From Octopus sinensis (lineage: Eukaryota): a DNA stretch of 13,891 nucleotides. The stretch is from assembly GCF_006345805.1 (NCBI RefSeq), contig NW_021826035.1, positions 1 through 13,891 of the forward strand, in the 5' to 3' direction. The position numbers were made by a program, and so were the translations under genes. The notes under the pieces are model-generated. The model had not been told where the DNA came from and searched no databases. It worked only from the letters and a program-made list of their open reading frames with translations. This document shows positions 9,511 to 13,891 of the stretch, piece by piece (position 1 is the stretch's first letter; every line of letters begins with the position of its first letter).

Positions 9511-10080
9511 AAACTAAAACACAACGATGAAGGCGCCACCTATTCTCCGGTGCCTCTAAAAACAGCAGTCAAATCTTCCTCCATTTACGCCAGCGGTTCT
9601 GCCCCGGCAGTGGGGTGATTTATATGGCTCTTGATCAGGTTGGGGCCCGTATAAGATTTTAGCTGTTAAAATTCATGCTCAATAAATTGCTTATACGCGT
9701 ACAGTTTTAAAGTAAAATTCGTAATAATATTTCATCATAAATACACAGGTTTCTGGCTGAGTCTGTGGCGGTAAAGACCTCTGGTGATCTCGGGGCCCAG
9801 ACCAAATCCCTACTGCGCCATGATCCTGAATTGTTCCAGCAAATCGCCTTTTGCCGTCTTCCAGGGCAATGCCTTTACCATTTTGTCTGCTGGGACCATG
9901 GGACACACAGACAAACCTTCATATTTATTTCTTTGCTTTGAGGAAAAGGAAAGACAAGATGATTCAGGCAGGGTCTTTCACGTTATTTCATTAAGCATTG
10001 CTATTTAAATTGCGGTTTTATATATTTGGTAATAAACTATATTGGATATTGTTATGTCGCAAGTTCGGATGCCTTCTACT

Positions 10081-10198
10081 CAACTCGACTTTCATCTCCT
10101 CTACTCTCTCTGTTCTAATCTACTCATCTACTCAACTGTTCTCTGACATCTAGGCTTCTCCCTCTATATCTGCGTATTGGGCTAGCCTACTTCATCGT
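10081..10198 (+). repeat. Segment X (CTACT-rich), duplicated at 10930-11048
   Basis: caactcgact...ctactctct..gttctaatctact...gggctagcctacttcatcgtc is present in both places, offset ~850 bp. Confidence 0.92.
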
Positions 10199-10462
10199 CT
10201 GTAGTGAAGAAGTGGCTCAAGAAACAGTCAACAGAATTTTACGGGGTAGGGATACATGCTTTCATTCGAAAGTGGAACATTGCTATTGAGGACCGCTGCA
10301 ACATGTGCGTGAATCTGAGAGGGGGATATTTAACTGGTCCTCCTGTATTTTATTTTTTTACCCAAAGACAAGAACTTTTCAGCAATGTATGATACATGTT
10401 CTTGTGTTGGTAATTAAACCTGTCCTAAACAAAATGGCATTACTTTCTGACTCAGCCTCGTA
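10199..10462 (+). mobile_element. Mariner family 1, 3' end (copy A), chimeric with a MITE fragment
   Basis: Encodes VKKWLKKQSTEFYGVGIHAFIRKWNIAIE (mariner transposase C-terminus). Ends in the TIR ...ggcattactttctgactcagcctcgTA. Positions 10292-10384 are replaced by foreign sequence. Confidence 0.85.
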
Positions 10463-10905
10463 ACTCCATAACTGTTGAAACTCCAGCAAGATAATGTATA
10501 TGTAACGCAACAGGCTTGTAATAATTTTTCTTACAGGACTTTTGACCGTTCCTTTTTATACGTTTTTAGGCCCGCGTAAACGATACATTAAATGAAATAG
10601 TAGCTGGATTTTCGGGGAGTGTTTCTGTTATTTTAAAGAAGGGACAGGCAATGCGACCTCTGCTTCGTTTAATGATACCATTGACGTAAACACGGATTTA
10701 AAAAAAAAGCTATAGCGAGATCTACAGAAAAATCTAGAATGAATATTTACATAAAGATTCTTAATACGACCAGGCAGGTTCAGGCGTAGAATATGCTAGG
10801 TGCTATACTTTATGTCTTAAAAGAATAACTTCTTCCTTTTACTAGAAATGTGTGTCGAACACACTCGTCTCATGGACACACGACATTCTCGAACACCGGT
10901 GTTTC
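10463..10905 (+). repeat. Segment Y, ~445 bp, duplicated at 13400-13885
   Basis: Colinear with 13400-13885, with scattered substitutions and two deletions of 15 and 23 bp. Confidence 0.93.
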
Positions 10906-11048
10906 ATTGCATGTCTCGTCAGCCAGAAGCAACTCGACTCTCCTCTCCTCTACTCTCTTTGTTCTAATCTACTCCTTACTCAACTGCTCTCTGACGTCTA
11001 GGCATCTCCCTCTATATCTACATATTGGGCTAGCCTACTTCATCGTCT

Positions 11049-11267
11049 GTAGTGAAGAAGTGGCTCAAAGAACAGTCAACAGAATTTTACAGGGTAGGGA
11101 TACATGCTTTCATTCGAAAGTGGAACATTGCTATTGAGGGAAACGTTGAAATGTAGGGATGTGATCCACAGAGGACCAGCTTCATTTTGATGTATGATAC
11201 ATGTTCCTGTGTTGATAATTATACCTGTCCTAAACAAAATGGCATTACCTTTTGACTCACCCTCGTA
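11049..11267 (+). mobile_element. Mariner family 1, 3' end (copy B)
   Basis: gtgaagaagtggctcaaagaacagtcaacagaattttac...tggaacattgctattgag...gttgaaatgtag, then the 3' UTR and the TIR ggcattaccttttgactcaccctcgTA. Confidence 0.88.
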
Positions 11268-11936
11268 TTTCAATTCACTGGCATCGAAACTAGAGTAAAA
11301 ATGTTTAACAAATTCCCTTGAACAAAATCAGAGAAAAATACATTGTATATTGTACCCCTGATAGTGTGTTAACATATGGTATATCTTTCACCATTTGTCT
11401 CGTTCGAGAAATGATCAAAGAATTTACATGTTTAGAACTGGAACTAAACAACAAAACTAATAAATTCATACTAGAAGTTAAGATGCGGACTGTCAAGAAA
11501 CATTGAAGGGGTTGAGAAATTTAGGATAAAAACCAAACTACAAAATATTCATAACGCAAAATATGAAGAAACAAAATTTAAAAGCGGAAATGTTTATTAA
11601 CGAATAGTTTTACAGGTTGAGTTCAGAGGATTTCCAAGAAAAGGTTTTAACGCATGGGCGTTGGGATACGTGTGTTTGCGTTTGTGTACGCACTCACTCA
11701 CACACAAAGACACACCTACACACGTGTACATATAAAACAGGAATATATTAAATTCACGAGTAATAGAGTAATGGAGATTCATTAAACGCAAACATATGTG
11801 CGTTAATTACAACAGTCGTAATTATTTCTAATGACCAATAGCAGCAATTAGGTGAGGACATTGTGGCTGATGATCCTTTCTCATTAAATAGGTTACAATT
11901 CAGCACCATTTCATGCACCTATATATGCGTCTAAGT

Positions 11937-11993
11937 ACACACACACACACAAATACACACACACAAATACACACACACACACACACATACACA

Positions 11994-12024
<31 letters not shown>

Positions 12025-12028
12025 AAAC
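11937..12028. repeat. (CA)n microsatellite
   Basis: Direct inspection. Confidence 0.97.
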
Positions 12029-12064
12029 ACATATATGTTTAGAGTTGTATGTATTTATGCATAT

Positions 12065-12473
12065 AGGCGTAAAAGTGGCTGTGTGGTAAGTAGCTTGCTT
12101 ACGAACCGCATGGTTCCGGGTTCAGTCCCACTGCGTGGCACCTTGGACAAGTGTCTTCTACTATAGCCTCGGGCCGACCAAAGCCTTGTGAGTGGATTTG
12201 GTTGACGGAAACTGAAAGAAGCCCGTCGTATATATGCATGTGTGTGTGTGTGTATGTTTGTCTGTCTGTGTTCCCCTCCCCAACATCGCTTGACAACCGA
12301 TGCTGGTGTGTTTACGTCCCCGTAAGCTAGCGGTTCGGCAAAAGAGACCAATAGGATAAGTACTAGGCTTACAAAGAATAAGTCCTGGGGTCGATTTGCC
12401 AGACTAAAGGCGGTGCTCCAGCATGGCCACAGTCACATGACTGGAACAAGTAAAAGACTAAAGACTAAAGAGT
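12065..12473 (+). mobile_element. Full-length tRNA-derived SINE, family B, with an internal (TA/TG)n tract
   Basis: A box TGGCTGTGTGG (12076-12086) and B box GGTTCAGTCCC (12119-12129). Central gccttgtgagtggatttggttgacggaaactgaaagaagcccgtcg domain (Ceph-like from recall), internal microsatellite and 3' (agtaaa/agactaa) repeat tail. Confidence 0.92.
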
Positions 12474-12490
12474 ATATAAGCATATGCACA

Positions 12491-12716
12491 TTTTACTCTT
12501 TTACTTGTTTCGGTCATTTGGCTGCGTCCATGCTGGTGCAGCACCTTAAAGAGCTTCAGACGAAATAATCGACCCCAGAACTTATTCTTTGGAAACTTAG
12601 TACTATTTTCTCATCTCTCTTGTCGAACCGCTAATTTACGGGGACATAAACACACCAACATCGGTTGTCAAGCGAAGGTGGGGAGATTAACACAGACACA
12701 AAGACACACACACAGA
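12491..12716 (-). mobile_element. SINE family B, 3' half, inverted relative to the neighbouring copy
   Basis: The reverse complement matches 12260-12460 (cgcttgacaaccgatg.tggtgtgttta.gtccccgtaa..tagcggttcg...aaagaataagt.ctggggtcgatt...ccagcatgg...aacaagtaaaaga). The tRNA head is missing beyond the internal microsatellite. Confidence 0.9.
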
Positions 12717-12719
12717 GAA

Positions 12720-12856
12720 ATGTATATGTATATACATACATACAAATATGCATACATGCATACACGTATACATACATACATACATACATACATCTACATA
12801 TATTATATATATATATATTATATATATATATATATATATAGATATATATTATATAG
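12720..12856. repeat. (TACA)n/(TA)n microsatellite
   Basis: Direct inspection. Confidence 0.95.
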
Positions 12857-12981
12857 TGTATTGGAAGAACTTGCACATGCAAGTACTACCAGTTGAGAGC
12901 TCGCATACCGGAAGCCAGCAATTGTATGGGGTCATCAGGAGAGAATGTGCGCCGTTTCGGGGCCTTCTTCTTCTAACCATC

Positions 12982-13199
12982 GCTGAAAAGTTCTTGTCTT
13001 TGGGTAAAAAAAAAAAAAAATTAAATACAGGAGGATCAGTTAATTATGACTTTATTCAACATATTCCCCTTTCAGATTCACACACATATTGCAGCGGTCC
13101 TTCAGTTTTTCTAAACCTTGGAGAGGAACACGGAAGATTGGGTCCAACCAAGCCTTTCGCGCTAACCTTAAAGCCAAGAATTTACAGCACTGCCTCGTA
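12982..13199 (-). mobile_element. Mariner-derived MITE (family 2), ~220 bp
   Basis: TIR TAcgaggcagtgctgtaaattcttggctttaagg at the right end and a truncated mate, gctgaaaagttcttgtctttggg, at 12982-13004. The interior encodes the mariner C-terminal remnant GLEKLKDRCNMCVNLKGEYVE*. Confidence 0.85.
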
Positions 13200-13253
13200 T
13201 ATTAAAAGAATCTTATTGCATATGTGTGTGTGTGTGTATGCTTTATTTTATAT

Positions 13254-13399
13254 CTATTGGGAGAAACGGTGACTATGTTGAGAAGTAGGGGTGTGATCCA
13301 CAGAGAACCAGCTTCATTTTGATGTATGATACATGTTCTGGTGTTGGTAATTATACCTGTGCTAAACAAAATGGCATTACTTTTTGACTCAGCCTCATA
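13254..13399 (+). mobile_element. Mariner family 1, 3' end (copy C)
   Basis: gagaaacggtgactatgttgagaagtag (RNGDYVEK*), then the 3' UTR and the TIR ggcattactttttgactcagcctcaTA. Confidence 0.88.
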
Positions 13400-13885
13400 A
13401 CTCCATAACTGTTGAAACTCCAGTAAGATAATGTATATACAACGCAACAGTCTTCCAGCTTTATCTCTTGTAATAATTTTTCTTACAGGACTTTTGACCG
13501 TCTCTTCGGAGCAGAACAGGCCGTTCCTCTTTATACGTTTTTAGGCCACCGTGAACGATACTTTGAAGGAAGTAGTGGGCTGGGTTTTCGGGGAATGTTT
13601 CTGTTATTTTAAAGAAGGGATAGGCAATGCGATCTCTGCTTCGTTTAATGATACCATTGACGTAAACACGGATTAAAAAAAAAAAAAAACTATAGCGCGA
13701 GCTACAGAAAAATCTAGAATGAATATTTGCTTAAAGATTCTTAATTCGACCAGGCAGGTTCAGACGTAGAATATGCTTGGTGCTATACTTTATGTCTTAA
13801 GAGAATAACTTTTTCCTTTTACTCGAAATGTGCGTCAAACACACTCGTCTCACGGACACGTGACATTCTCGGACACCGGTGTTTC
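13400..13885 (+). repeat. Segment Y, second copy
   Basis: Colinear with 10463-10905; may continue beyond the window end. Confidence 0.93.
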
Positions 13886-13891
13886 GATACA

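Noticed and set aside
5239-9517. Long low-complexity ORFs (poly-Val, Ile, Asp, His, Met, Ser, and YI/HT dipeptides)
   Set aside because: They are translations of microsatellites that lack stops in some frames. They are open on both strands, and variation is not confined to third codon positions.
11290-11600. Short ORFs 11318-11506 and 11305-11496
   Set aside because: AT-rich with no recognisable motif; consistent with chance ORFs or an unidentifiable old repeat.
12865-12975. GRTCTCKYYQL, reminiscent of a SWIM zinc finger
   Set aside because: The downstream CxH ligands are missing, the frame closes quickly, and there are no splice signals.

Overview
AT-rich eukaryotic non-coding (intergenic or intronic) DNA with no intact protein-coding gene and no prokaryotic features. 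The repeat landscape is very long di- and trinucleotide microsatellites, tRNA-derived SINEs, mariner fragments and MITEs, and LINE 3' ends. From recall, this best fits a coleoid cephalopod such as Octopus; that assignment is an inference. Supported features: a decayed hAT transposase, a 5'-truncated RTE-type LINE, the 5' part of a mariner element, three copies of a second mariner 3' end, a mariner MITE, six SINE copies from two families, an (AAT)n-flanked retroelement 3' end, and a Penelope-like fragment. Almost all ORFs in the supplied track are microsatellite or TE artefacts. The most interesting observations are: (1) a locally duplicated mariner-containing unit in which one copy has a ~95-bp patch apparently copied from a MITE ~2.6 kb away in inverted orientation; (2) three hammerhead-ribozyme-like motifs; (3) a tail-to-tail SINE pair able to form a long dsRNA; (4) an unexplained GC-richer island with a candidate 57-nt exon. 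I see no convincing evidence of a new biological system beyond these TE-derived structures.
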